A DNA stretch of 64,000 nucleotides from assembly GCA_021816845.1 (NCBI GenBank), contig JAKAWT010000001.1, positions 134,087 through 198,086 of the forward strand, written 5' to 3'. This DNA comes from a bacterium. GTDB lineage: Bacteria > Patescibacteriota > Dojkabacteria > JAKAPS01 > JAJZLI01. Each line of letters begins with the position of its first letter. The first letter of the stretch is position 1. Under the pieces are notes generated by a model that was not told the origin of the DNA, did no database searches, and saw nothing but the letters and a program-made list of their open reading frames with translations. Below are positions 29,310 through 39,919 of this stretch, piece after piece. The position numbers and the translations under genes were made by a program.

Positions 29310-30719
29310 ATGCAAACAAGATTGTATATAGCTAATTTGCCTTTTTCTTTTAATAGAGATGATATGACACGCCTATTTTCTAAATATGGGAAAATAGTAG
29401 ATGTTTACGTACCAGATAAAAAAGGATTCGGATTTTTAGAAATGTCTAATCCAAGTGAGGCTTTAAATGTAATTAATAATACTGATAAAAAGATGATTGA
29501 AGGAAGAAAGTTATCAGTAGTATTTGCACAAAAAAGAGCTGAAAGAACATATGATAGTAATAAAAATTATAATAGCAAGTATAAATCAGCTTTTAGAAAG
29601 AATAAGATAGATTTAAAAAAAATAGATATCTCATTATTTGTTAAAGAATCATCTTTGAATAATGCATCTGAATATGTACCTCAAAATAAATTCTCTGATT
29701 TTAAAATTAGCAGTGAAATAAAAAATATAATAGAAAAAAGAGGTTTTATATCCCCTACTGTCATACAGGATAAAACAATTCCAGAGATAATCAAAGGTAG
29801 TGATGTAATAGGGATTGCTGATACAGGAACTGGCAAGACTGCTGCATTTTTGATACCTCTGATAGATAAAATAATAAAGGATAATTCACAAAAGGTTCTA
29901 ATTATAGCACCTACCAGAGAATTAGCATCACAAATAAGAGATGAGCTTTTCCAATTTTCAAAGGGGTTACCTATAAGGTCAGCTTTACTTATTGGAGGTA
30001 GCTCTATGTATCAACAAATAAATAATCTAAGGAATAATCCCAACTTTATTATTGGGACTCCAGGAAGGATTAAAGATTTAACTTCTAAACATTATGTACC
30101 ATTAAAGGATATAAATAATGTTGTTTTAGACGAAGTTGATAGAATGCTTGATATGGGATTTATAGAAGATATTCAAAATATATTCTCATCACTACCTTTA
30201 TTAAGACAATCATTATTTTTCTCTGCAACAGTCCCACCAAAAGTTAAGACTTTAGCAGTAAAACTTTTAAAAGACCCTATTATAATTACAGTAGAACCTA
30301 AAGATTCATACAATAACATAACACAAAATATTGTAAAATATAGAGACACTGGAGAAAAAATAGAACTATTACATAATCTACTAATAAAGGATGAGTATAA
30401 AAAAGTACTTATATTTAACAGAACGAAAAGAGATGTTGATAATCTTGCAAAAGAATTATTAAAGAGGGGGTTTAAAGTGGAATCTATACATGGAGATAAA
30501 ATGCAATCAAGAAGACAAAAAGCTATAGATAATTTTAAAAACAATATAAATAATATCCTTGTGGCTACTGATGTTGCAGCAAGAGGATTAGACATAAGTG
30601 ATATATCTCATGTTATAAATTATGAAGTACCATCAACCTATGAGGATTACCTTCATAGGATAGGTAGAACCGGTAGAGCAAATAAACAAGGTTCCTCTAT
30701 AACATTTGTGAAAGTATAA
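29310..30719 (+). CDS. DEAD-box ATP-dependent RNA helicase with an N-terminal RRM-like domain.
   Basis: N-terminal RNP-type fold (LYIANLPFS...KGFGFLEM). The helicase core has AxTGTGKT, PTRELA, SAT, a DEVD variant of DEAD, and HRIGRTGR. Confidence 0.8.
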   Translation: MQTRLYIANLPFSFNRDDMTRLFSKYGKIVDVYVPDKKGFGFLEMSNPSEALNVINNTDKKMIEGRKLSVVFAQKRAERTYDSNKNYNSKYKSAFRKNKIDLKKIDISLFVKESSLNNASEYVPQNKFSDFKISSEIKNIIEKRGFISPTVIQDKTIPEIIKGSDVIGIADTGTGKTAAFLIPLIDKIIKDNSQKVLIIAPTRELASQIRDELFQFSKGLPIRSALLIGGSSMYQQINNLRNNPNFIIGTPGRIKDLTSKHYVPLKDINNVVLDEVDRMLDMGFIEDIQNIFSSLPLLRQSLFFSATVPPKVKTLAVKLLKDPIIITVEPKDSYNNITQNIVKYRDTGEKIELLHNLLIKDEYKKVLIFNRTKRDVDNLAKELLKRGFKVESIHGDKMQSRRQKAIDNFKNNINNILVATDVAARGLDISDISHVINYEVPSTYEDYLHRIGRTGRANKQGSSITFVKV

Positions 30720-30748
30720 ATATTATCAACAATATTGTATAATTTTGT

Positions 30749-31096
30749 ATGGAGCAAGATCATCAAATACCAGAACAACTAGATAGAGTAACTTCAGAAA
30801 TGATTGATCTTATAAAAGATCATATAGATTCAAATGTTGTTCGACAAAAACCAGATTTATATATGTTTGTGAGACATACAAATGGTGTTATAAGTATATT
30901 CAATATTACAGGAGGAGGAGTAAATATTGAAGCCTATAATCACAACCTTCGACTTCACAGGGATAGATTAACTATTATTTTACCATATGAAGAAATAGAA
31001 GAGGTTGCAGTAGCTGCAAATGGAGAAATAGGTAACGACGGATTACCCTCAAGAGACGAAATAATATTCCACTATGGAAGGCAATACCTGACCTGA
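30749..31096 (+). CDS. Hypothetical protein.
   Basis: Intact ORF of 115 aa, less AT-rich than its neighbours. No recognisable motifs. Confidence 0.4.
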   Translation: MEQDHQIPEQLDRVTSEMIDLIKDHIDSNVVRQKPDLYMFVRHTNGVISIFNITGGGVNIEAYNHNLRLHRDRLTIILPYEEIEEVAVAANGEIGNDGLPSRDEIIFHYGRQYLT

Positions 31097-31218
31097 ATCC
31101 GATACACTATAAAATATAATAACAAATCAGATAGTAGATATCTAAGATCGGTTAAATATACATGAGGAATAAAATCTTATATTTTGGTATTTTTAGGTTA
31201 CAATATAGGTATTAAAGT

Positions 31219-31851
31219 ATGAGAATATTCAAAGTCAAAAATATAAATTCAAAACTTACAAATAAAGAATTAGAAGAAATTATTAATTCTATAAAAAAGG
31301 ATATGATAATAATATATCCAACAGATACTGCGTATGCTATAGGTGTCAATGCAGAATCTGACATAGCAACCAAAAGACTTTTAAAGTATAAAGGTCAAAG
31401 ACGAAATAAAGCTTTATCTATAAGTGTGTCTAATATAAAAATGATAGAAAAATATGCCAAGATTAATACTATTGCCTATAATTTAATTAAAAAATATCTA
31501 CCAGGGCAAATTAGTATCGTCTTAGAACAAAATGATCAGAGTATTCTTTCTAAAAATATTTCAAATGATAATAGTGTATCAATAAGGATACCAGATAATA
31601 CTATATCAATTGATATAGTATCAAAACTGGATTCAGCTATAACGGCTTCTTCATCTAATATTTCAAACTACCCTACTCCATTTTCTATTGAGCAATTATT
31701 GAAAGATACACCTAGAGAGAAAATTAATATGATAGACATAATAATAGACGCTGGGACAATAAAATCTGATGGGGTATCTACAATAGTAGACTGCAGAAAT
31801 AGTATTCCTAATATACTACGACAAGGAATTATAGAAATAAATGAATTCTAA
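31219..31851 (+). CDS. YrdC/Sua5-family L-threonylcarbamoyladenylate synthase-like protein.
   Basis: IIYPTDTAYAIGVNA...K..R YrdC-domain signature. Confidence 0.65.
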   Translation: MRIFKVKNINSKLTNKELEEIINSIKKDMIIIYPTDTAYAIGVNAESDIATKRLLKYKGQRRNKALSISVSNIKMIEKYAKINTIAYNLIKKYLPGQISIVLEQNDQSILSKNISNDNSVSIRIPDNTISIDIVSKLDSAITASSSNISNYPTPFSIEQLLKDTPREKINMIDIIIDAGTIKSDGVSTIVDCRNSIPNILRQGIIEINEF

Positions 31852-32540
31852 ACTAGCAATACACCTATTAGAAAAAGTAGCCATCCTACAAGCATACTAG
31901 GCCAAAATAATGATGCAACAAATAATCTTGCAACTGTACTTGCTGAAGCTAAAGCCAATGATGATAGACCTATTGTCAAAATTCCAAAGAACCTTTGATT
32001 ATACATTTTTTTTGTAATAGCCCTATAAACATAATATAAAGAAACTCCTATAAGCTCAATACTTCCTACAGTATTTAAAATTACTAATGGAATTATCCAT
32101 AGTCCTACTTTCAAAACACCGCTGCCATTTGGAGCTGCGTTATTCTTATAACCATCAAAATAGAGTATCAGTTGGTGTAAACCAGACCTTGATATTGATG
32201 AAAAGAATAATAAAATTAAAAGTATAAATGCTAGAGCGATTGTAGAATAAAACATTATTTTTTTTAATTTTTCTTTTTTTAATAAGTATATTGAACCTAA
32301 ACCTAAAGTTGCTGGGGTAAGTCCCCCTCCAAAAAAATAATAGATATAGAATGGTATTGTGCTATGACTTATAAGAAAAACATAAAAAGAGAATGCAGCA
32401 ACGGCACCAAATAGCAGTCCTATAGACCAAAACAATAATGAAATTCTTACAGGAGAGGATTTTCTTGATAAAAACTTACTAGAGATTATAAGAAACATAA
32501 TGAATATTATTATACTTACTACCAAAATATTTATATACAT
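31848..32540 (-). CDS. Integral membrane protein (about 6 TM) of unknown function.
   Basis: Hydropathy. Confidence 0.45.
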   Translation of the reverse strand: MYINILVVSIIIFIMFLIISSKFLSRKSSPVRISLLFWSIGLLFGAVAAFSFYVFLISHSTIPFYIYYFFGGGLTPATLGLGSIYLLKKEKLKKIMFYSTIALAFILLILLFFSSISRSGLHQLILYFDGYKNNAAPNGSGVLKVGLWIIPLVILNTVGSIELIGVSLYYVYRAITKKMYNQRFFGILTIGLSSLALASASTVARLFVASLFWPSMLVGWLLFLIGVLLV

Positions 32541-32607
32541 ATATTTAAAATCTCCATTATTTTTCTATATACACTAATGTGTTAGAATATAACTTATTAT
32601 AGATACT

Positions 32608-32892
32608 ATGGAGGAAAAAACAAGAGAAAATATAAATTTAGACAAAGAAACCAAAAAAGCTTTAAACGCATTGGTCTCAGCAATTAATAATGTATATCTT
32701 GATAAAAAAAAACTTATAATAAGAAGCTTTATATCTGGTATAGCCTATGGACTTGGTGTAACATTAGGATTAACTATAGTATTTGTGATACTAGCACTCA
32801 TACTTGAATATATTGTTAAAATCCCAATTTTGGGAACATATATTTACCCACTAGCTACACATTTACATCAGGTAAAAATTAATAAACCATAA
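32608..32892 (+). CDS. Small membrane protein.
   Basis: A single central TM region. The gene abuts the glycerate kinase gene. Confidence 0.4.
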   Translation: MEEKTRENINLDKETKKALNALVSAINNVYLDKKKLIIRSFISGIAYGLGVTLGLTIVFVILALILEYIVKIPILGTYIYPLATHLHQVKINKP

Positions 32893-34176
32893 ATGAGCAA
32901 TATTATAAAAAATTATAAAAGCCTAGCAAAAGATAAAAAAAGAAGGGATATTCTGTCCATAATAGAAGCTGGTCTTCATTCAATACAACCAATTGAAGTA
33001 TTAGAGAAAAATGTATCTTTAAAAGATAATATTCTCTTTATAAAAAACAAAAAATATGATATTTCACAATATAAAAGGATCTTTATTCTTGGTATAGGTA
33101 AAGGCTCTGCAGATATTGCAGATATTCTGAATGAAAGGTTAAATGGTTTAGTCACTTCAGGAGATGTCATTGATCTCACTTTAAAAAAAATAAAGAATAT
33201 AAAAGTAACAAAGGGAGAACATCCATTACCTACACAAACAAATTTAAATTTCACAAAAGGAGTAATAGAAAAATATAGTAAATTAAAAAATACTGATCTT
33301 GTAATTACAATAATATGTGGTGGAGGATCAGCATTATTTGAATATCCTAGTAAAATATCCAAAGATTTATTAATAGATATAAGTAAAATAATGTTAACCT
33401 CTGGAGTACCTATAGAAGAGATGAATACAATACGGAAACACCTATCTAAAGTAAAGGGAGGACAATTAGCAGAATTAATTTATCCTGCCAAAATTATAAG
33501 TCTAATATTTTCTGATATACCAGGGAACGACTTATCTTTTATAGCATCGGGACCAACAGTAAAAGATAAGACAAATATTGCTGATGCAATTTCAATAATA
33601 AATAAATTTGATATTCAATCAAAATTGAATATTAATCTATCTATTTTCACAGAGACTCCAAAAGATAATAAGTATTTTGAAAATATATCAAACACACTCA
33701 TGCTAAGTAATGTAACAGCATTAAATACAATGTTTAAAAAGGCCATAAAATTAGGATATAAAAGCACTATTTTGTCAGATAGAATACAAATGGAAGCAAG
33801 AGAATTAGGAGAATATTTAATCAAAAAAACATATCAAGATACAGTTTTACTCGGGGGAGGAGAAAGTGTAGTAACTGTGCACGGTAATGGAAAAGGTGGT
33901 AGGAATCAAGAGGCTTCACTTGCATCATATAAGTATGTAGATAAAGATACTGTATTTATATCTATAGGAACAGATGGATGGGATAATTCAGATTTTGCAG
34001 GAGGTATAATGGACGATATAACAATAAAAGATGCAAATAAATTAGGATTAGTTTTTGATGATTATATTAATAATGATGATAGTTATAATTTCTTCAAAAA
34101 GACTGGAGATGCAATCATAACCGGTAAGCTTCCTTCCAATGTATCTGATCTTATGATAGTATTGAAGAGGAAATGA
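32893..34176 (+). CDS. Glycerate kinase of the MOFRL family (glycerate 2-kinase).
   Basis: LLGGGESVVTVHGNGKGGRNQE signature of MOFRL/GckA. Confidence 0.7.
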   Translation: MSNIIKNYKSLAKDKKRRDILSIIEAGLHSIQPIEVLEKNVSLKDNILFIKNKKYDISQYKRIFILGIGKGSADIADILNERLNGLVTSGDVIDLTLKKIKNIKVTKGEHPLPTQTNLNFTKGVIEKYSKLKNTDLVITIICGGGSALFEYPSKISKDLLIDISKIMLTSGVPIEEMNTIRKHLSKVKGGQLAELIYPAKIISLIFSDIPGNDLSFIASGPTVKDKTNIADAISIINKFDIQSKLNINLSIFTETPKDNKYFENISNTLMLSNVTALNTMFKKAIKLGYKSTILSDRIQMEARELGEYLIKKTYQDTVLLGGGESVVTVHGNGKGGRNQEASLASYKYVDKDTVFISIGTDGWDNSDFAGGIMDDITIKDANKLGLVFDDYINNDDSYNFFKKTGDAIITGKLPSNVSDLMIVLKRK

Positions 34177-35036
34177 TAGAACAGATAGATAGTACCAAAA
34201 TAAAAATCCTAAATGAGAAAGCAAACAAAATAAGAGAACTTATTATAGAAATGTTGCTTACTGCTGGTTCAGGACATTCTGCAGGGTCTTTAGGTATGGC
34301 AGATATATTTACAGCATTTTATTTCCATATACTAAACCAAGATCCAAAAAACCCTAATATGAAAGATAGGGATAGACTAATACTATCCAATGGCCACATA
34401 TGCCCAGTAAGGTATGCTGCAATGGCCCTAAGAGGATATTTTGATATATCGGAACTACAAACTTTAAGAAAAATAAATTCACGTCTTCAAGGACACCCAC
34501 ATAGAACTTCTTTGCCTGGAGTAGAGACTTCATCTGGACCTTTGGGTGAAGGTTTATCTCAAGGTATAGGGATAGCATTAGCAGCTAAAATAGATAAAGC
34601 AAGATACCAAGTGTATGTGATTGCATCTGACGGTGAACATCAAGAAGGGAATATTTGGGAAGCAGCTATGTTTGCAGGAAAAATGAAATTAAATAATCTT
34701 ACATTAGTTATAGATAGAAATAATATACAGATTGATGGATTTACTGAAGATATAATGCCATTAGAGCCAATGATTGATAAATATAAATCGTTCAATTGGC
34801 ATGTCATTGAAGTTGATGGACATAATATAGAATCATTTATAAATGCCATAAATGAAGCTAAGTCTATATTTGAAAAACCTACCGTTATAATCGCGCATAC
34901 TATTCCAGGAAAAGGTGTAGATTTTATGGAGAAAGATTACTTGTGGCATGGATCTCCACCAAATAAAGAACAAGCAAAAGAGGCTTTACAAGAACTTCGT
35001 ACGTTGGGAAATAAGATTATTAGTGAACATCAATAA
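34173..35036 (+). CDS. Transketolase, N-terminal (TPP-binding) subunit of a split enzyme.
   Basis: GHSAGSLGMADI, GHICP and GPLGEGLSQGIG motifs. 287 aa. Confidence 0.85.
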   Translation: MIEQIDSTKIKILNEKANKIRELIIEMLLTAGSGHSAGSLGMADIFTAFYFHILNQDPKNPNMKDRDRLILSNGHICPVRYAAMALRGYFDISELQTLRKINSRLQGHPHRTSLPGVETSSGPLGEGLSQGIGIALAAKIDKARYQVYVIASDGEHQEGNIWEAAMFAGKMKLNNLTLVIDRNNIQIDGFTEDIMPLEPMIDKYKSFNWHVIEVDGHNIESFINAINEAKSIFEKPTVIIAHTIPGKGVDFMEKDYLWHGSPPNKEQAKEALQELRTLGNKIISEHQ

Positions 35037-36028
35037 TGTTGAATAAAGATTTATATCTAAATGAAAATATTTTTGAAAATCCAACTCTTGAGGCAACCAG
35101 GGATGGATATGGAAAAGCACTGCTACAGCTTGGAGAGGAAAATCCTAACATAGTTGTATTAACTGCAGACTTAGCAGAATCAACTAGAGTAGATGGTTTT
35201 GAAAAAAAATTTCCAGATAGATTCTTTGATTGTGGAGTAGCAGAGCAAAATATGGCTGCTATAGCTGCAGGACTAGGAGTATCAGGAAAAACTGCGTATA
35301 TATCATCTTACGCTGTATTTTCACCTGGAAAAAATTGGGAAACTTTAAGAACGACTGTTGTATATAACCATTCCAATGTTAAAATAGCTGGACATCATTC
35401 AGGTATTATGACCGGACCAGATGGACCTACACATCAGGCGACAGAAGATATTGCTATAACAAGGTGTTGGCCTAAAATGAAAGTAATTGTTCCTGCAGAT
35501 TCTATAGAAGCTTACAAAGCAACTTATAATAGTTCTAAATCAGAAGATCCTTATTATATAAGATTTACGAGAGACAAAACTCCTATTATCACAACATCTG
35601 AAACTCCATATGACGAAGGTAAAATTCAGACATTTTGGATATCCAATAATCCTCAAGTAACAATAGCTGCTACTGGTTATATGCTTTATTATGCCCTAAT
35701 TGCAGCTTTAAATTTACAGAAAGATGGTATAGAGACAGAAGTTTTAAACGTATCATCAATAAAACCTTTAGATCAAGATACTATACTTAAATCAGTATCA
35801 AGAACCAATGCCATAATAACAATAGAAGATCATCAAGTGGATGGAGGTATGGGTAGTGCAATATCAGAAATGCTCTCAAGAACAAGACCTACATTACAAG
35901 AATTTATAGGATTACAGAATACATTTGCAGAGTCTGGAGATACAAAAGATCTAATTGAAAAATATGGGCTCTCTGCAAAAAGTATACAAGAAAAAACACT
36001 AAATTTAATAAAAAGAAAAAATGGATAA
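35036..36028 (+). CDS. Transketolase, C-terminal (pyrimidine-binding and C-terminal domain) subunit.
   Basis: DCGVAEQNMAAIAAGL and HHSGIMTGPDGPTHQ motifs. It overlaps the N-terminal subunit gene by 1 nt. Confidence 0.85.
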   Translation: MLNKDLYLNENIFENPTLEATRDGYGKALLQLGEENPNIVVLTADLAESTRVDGFEKKFPDRFFDCGVAEQNMAAIAAGLGVSGKTAYISSYAVFSPGKNWETLRTTVVYNHSNVKIAGHHSGIMTGPDGPTHQATEDIAITRCWPKMKVIVPADSIEAYKATYNSSKSEDPYYIRFTRDKTPIITTSETPYDEGKIQTFWISNNPQVTIAATGYMLYYALIAALNLQKDGIETEVLNVSSIKPLDQDTILKSVSRTNAIITIEDHQVDGGMGSAISEMLSRTRPTLQEFIGLQNTFAESGDTKDLIEKYGLSAKSIQEKTLNLIKRKNG

Positions 36029-37664
36029 TTTAAAAAATGAAATTACAAACATAGTAAAAGGTAAAGTTACAGATGATACATCAGTACTCGAATCTTACAG
36101 TAGGGATGCAAGTATATTTAAAATGGTACCTAAAATAGTAGTATTTCCAAAAGATATCCATGATATAGAAGAGTTAGTTAAGTATGTTGCAAATAAAAAT
36201 CAAGATGGAGTTGATTTATCTATTACTGTTAGATCTGCTGGAACTGATATGAGTGGTGGACCTTTAACTGAATCTATTCTAATGGTAATCTCAGATAATT
36301 TTAACAAAATTATTAGTATACAAGATCATTATGGAATAACACAACCAGGAGTATATTATAGAGATTTTGAAAAAGAAACATTAAAACAAAATATGATATT
36401 CCCATCTTATCCTGCTTCAAAAGAATTATGCTCAATGGGTGGTATAGTTTCTAATAATTCTGGAGGAGAAGAATCATTATCTTTCGGAAAAACAGAAAAT
36501 TTTGTTGAGGAATTAACTATGACATTATCTGATGGAAACACATATAAATTTGGAAATTTAACTAAAGAGGAATTAAAATCTAAGATGGAATTACAAAATT
36601 TTGAAGGAGATATATATAGGAAAATGTATAAACTTCTATCTGAAAATCATAACCTTATAAAAAGCAAAAAACCAGTTGTATCAAAGAATTCTAGTGGTTA
36701 TACAATTTGGAATATTTTAAAAGATGATGGGTCTTTTGATCTCTCTCAAATATTTATAGGAGCACAAGGAACTTTGGGTATAACCTCAGAGATAAAATTA
36801 AGACTTGTAGATACAAAGAAATATAACGGTATGCTTTTATTATTTTTAAAAGATTTTAATAATATACCAGAAATAGTTAATACAGTTTTAAAATATAAGC
36901 CTACAAGTTTTGAATCATTTGATAATTATACTTTCAAACTGGCATTAAAATTCTTTTTTGCATTTTCTAAAATACTTGGATCCAACATAGTAAAATTATC
37001 ATTCTCATTTTTACCAGAATTTTTATTAGTCTTAAGGAAAGGAATGCCAAAATTAGTTCTACTAGTGGAATTCCAATCTGACAGTATGGAAGAAATACAA
37101 AATAACATTAAAACTCTAAATAAAGATGTATCCAAATTTAACAATCTATTTACAAAAGTTTCTGCAAGTCCAGAGGAAACAAAAAAGTACTGGGCTATAA
37201 GGAGAGAAAGTTTCAATTTATTAAGACAAAGAATCAAAAATCTTAAGGCAGCAGCATTCATAGATGATATAATAGTAAGGCCAGAGACATTAGAAGAATT
37301 TTTACCACAACTATATAAAATTCTAGATGACTCAAAACTTCTATATACAGTTGCAGGTCATATAGGTGATGGTAATTTTCACATCGTTCCTTTGATGAAT
37401 TTACAAGATGAAAAAGAGAGAGCTAAAATATATCCTATTGCAGACCAGATTTATGACCTTGTTTTAAAATATAATGGATCTATAACAGCAGAACATAATG
37501 ATGGACTTATAAGAAGTCCATATATAGAACAAGAATTTGGTGATAAAATATATACTATATTCCAAGAGATAAAAAATATTTTTGATCCTCATCACATATT
37601 TAATCCACACAAAAAAACTGATGTGACAATTAAATTTGCATCTGAGTTTATAGCAAAAAATTAA
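36021..37664 (+). CDS. FAD-linked oxidase (GlcD / D-lactate dehydrogenase family).
   Basis: FAD_binding_4 region (VRSAGTDMSGG) and a C-terminal oxidase domain. Confidence 0.7.
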   Translation: MDNLKNEITNIVKGKVTDDTSVLESYSRDASIFKMVPKIVVFPKDIHDIEELVKYVANKNQDGVDLSITVRSAGTDMSGGPLTESILMVISDNFNKIISIQDHYGITQPGVYYRDFEKETLKQNMIFPSYPASKELCSMGGIVSNNSGGEESLSFGKTENFVEELTMTLSDGNTYKFGNLTKEELKSKMELQNFEGDIYRKMYKLLSENHNLIKSKKPVVSKNSSGYTIWNILKDDGSFDLSQIFIGAQGTLGITSEIKLRLVDTKKYNGMLLLFLKDFNNIPEIVNTVLKYKPTSFESFDNYTFKLALKFFFAFSKILGSNIVKLSFSFLPEFLLVLRKGMPKLVLLVEFQSDSMEEIQNNIKTLNKDVSKFNNLFTKVSASPEETKKYWAIRRESFNLLRQRIKNLKAAAFIDDIIVRPETLEEFLPQLYKILDDSKLLYTVAGHIGDGNFHIVPLMNLQDEKERAKIYPIADQIYDLVLKYNGSITAEHNDGLIRSPYIEQEFGDKIYTIFQEIKNIFDPHHIFNPHKKTDVTIKFASEFIAKN

Positions 37665-39301
37665 AATCTTTTAAATAGAGAAAGCTTGGATATTAGACCA
37701 GCTTTAATCAACTGATTTTGAGTCATTACTTTGACCCATATATATGAATATGCTTTTAAATCAATGATATTTCCTGCTACTTCAGCCCTTTCTACTATCA
37801 ATACGGAGAAGTGAAATATACCTAAATTATTCGTATCTATAATCTGTCTCTTTCTTGAAAGGTTATTTATAAATATAAGATTTTTATTATGGTACAATCT
37901 TAAATATGCAAATACATCTTCATTCCCTGTATTTATAATATGGATATCTGAATGAGCAAATATACTCCCATGCCTTTTTCTTATCAGAAGCATATTTCTT
38001 AATTTGTTATATGTCGATTGTGAATCCCATATATATTTATTAGCTTTAGCCCAATCTATTTTGGTTCTTACAAGCAATCGTCTATCATATGGTACATTAT
38101 CCTTAGGAACTATAGAAAAATTTTCTTTTTCATCGAGTTCATCTCCACTATACAATACTGGAGTACCCACTAGAGTAAGTAAAATAGAATTAGCCAAAGC
38201 TATTTTCTCCTTGCTATCTCCAAGTAGAGTATATAATCTCTCTGCAATACCAGTATTAAATCTATATATTTTATCTTTATCATACTTTGAATAAAACAAT
38301 GCTGCGGTTTCTTTATCCACAGTAGATAAGCTAAGTTCATCATGATTACGAAGAAATATTGCCCACTGGCTTTTACGAGGAATCTTTGGAAATGATTTAA
38401 TTGTATTTATAATGTATTTACTATCTTCTTCTAACAACGATAAAAATATTTGCGGCATAAGAGGAAAATTAAATGCCATTTGAAACTCATTCCTACCATT
38501 CCCAAAATATTTAACAAGTTCATCCATTGGTTCGCCAGCCTCAGCAAGAAATATTATATCCCTACTACTATAATGCTTATTAGCAAATTTCCTAATTTTC
38601 CTTAATATCATATGTGTTTCTTTTAAATTTTCACAATTTGTGCCTTCTTTCTTCACTAGATATGGAACTGCATCTACCCTAAAGCCATCAACACCTAAAT
38701 CTAACCAGAAACTAATAATTTTAAAAAACTCTTTTAAAACTTCATCATTTCTCCAATTTAGATCTGGCTGAGTTTTGTAAAATCTATGAAAATAATATTC
38801 TTTTCTTATAGAATTATATGTCCAATTAGTTTTTTCATAATCAGAAAATATTATCGAAGCATCCTTATACTTATCACCTGTCATATCCCAAAGATAATAA
38901 TCTTTATATTTAAAAAAATCTTTAGATGCAGGATCTTGTGAAGCTAGAAACCAAGGGTGTTGTGATGAAGTATGGTTTAAAACTAGATCCATAATAATAC
39001 GTACACCATTATCATGAGCTATTTTTATTAATTCTTTAAAATCATCAAGTGTACCTATTTCATCCCTTATAGAAGTATAATCAGATACATCATATCCTCC
39101 ATCCATCAAAGGTGATTTGTAAATGGGTAATAACCATAGACACCCTACACCTAATTCTTTAATATAGATAAAATTGTCTATAAGACCCTTTATATCACCA
39201 ATACCATTATTATCACTGTCTTTAAATAGATCTATATATATCTCGTAGAAAACACTCTCTTTGTACCAATATTTATTTCTAGAAGATGACCTACCTAACA
39301 T
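37661..39301 (-). CDS. GH13-family alpha-glucosidase / trehalose-synthase-like glycoside hydrolase.
   Basis: GVGCLWLLPIYKSP..GYDVSDY, DLVLNHTS, GVDGFRVDAV and FLRNHDE conserved regions. Confidence 0.8.
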   Translation of the reverse strand: MLGRSSSRNKYWYKESVFYEIYIDLFKDSDNNGIGDIKGLIDNFIYIKELGVGCLWLLPIYKSPLMDGGYDVSDYTSIRDEIGTLDDFKELIKIAHDNGVRIIMDLVLNHTSSQHPWFLASQDPASKDFFKYKDYYLWDMTGDKYKDASIIFSDYEKTNWTYNSIRKEYYFHRFYKTQPDLNWRNDEVLKEFFKIISFWLDLGVDGFRVDAVPYLVKKEGTNCENLKETHMILRKIRKFANKHYSSRDIIFLAEAGEPMDELVKYFGNGRNEFQMAFNFPLMPQIFLSLLEEDSKYIINTIKSFPKIPRKSQWAIFLRNHDELSLSTVDKETAALFYSKYDKDKIYRFNTGIAERLYTLLGDSKEKIALANSILLTLVGTPVLYSGDELDEKENFSIVPKDNVPYDRRLLVRTKIDWAKANKYIWDSQSTYNKLRNMLLIRKRHGSIFAHSDIHIINTGNEDVFAYLRLYHNKNLIFINNLSRKRQIIDTNNLGIFHFSVLIVERAEVAGNIIDLKAYSYIWVKVMTQNQLIKAGLISKLSLFKRF

Positions 39302-39318
39302 AAATGAAAATTATTTAA

Positions 39319-39804
39319 TTATCTAAATTCTGTTTGCTCAATATCTTTTTCAATATCTTCAAAAATATCCTTTTTTGAAGAACCCCAGGTCCATAGAAAA
39401 TTTATTATAAAGTTAAAAATAAAGCTGACAGCAATGCTAGCATTATTTGCAATAAGAATAGCAAAAAATTTACTAAAATATAAGGAGACAAAAGAAAATA
39501 CTTCTGGGAATAAAAATACTCTTGCTATTATAAAACCTAACAAAATTGAAATATGATATTTTAATATCCTTATTATAAAAGTAGAGTTCTTACTATCTTT
39601 GAATGTCCAATTATCATTTATAAAGAAATTATTTAAATTTCCTATCTCTGCAGATATCAATGTGGCAATATTGGCTGGTATAAAGAAAACCAATGTTAAT
39701 AATAATATTACACCATTATCAATAATTATTCCTATTATGCCTACAATAAAATATTTATATAATTTATTTAGGATTTTTTTTATTTCTTTTTTATTAATTT
39801 TCAA
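39319..39804 (-). CDS. GtrA-family membrane protein.
   Basis: FIVGIIGIIIDNGVILL...NNFFINDNWTF GtrA signature. 4 TM. Confidence 0.55.
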   Translation of the reverse strand: MKINKKEIKKILNKLYKYFIVGIIGIIIDNGVILLLTLVFFIPANIATLISAEIGNLNNFFINDNWTFKDSKNSTFIIRILKYHISILLGFIIARVFLFPEVFSFVSLYFSKFFAILIANNASIAVSFIFNFIINFLWTWGSSKKDIFEDIEKDIEQTEFR

Positions 39805-39919
39805 AGGTTAAATATAATCAAATATTACTTATCTCTATGCTTACTGAAAGAATCTACACTCTCATAATTATATTCTTGAACATATATTTTAGCAATCTAA
39901 TTTTCACCAATTCTTAGTA

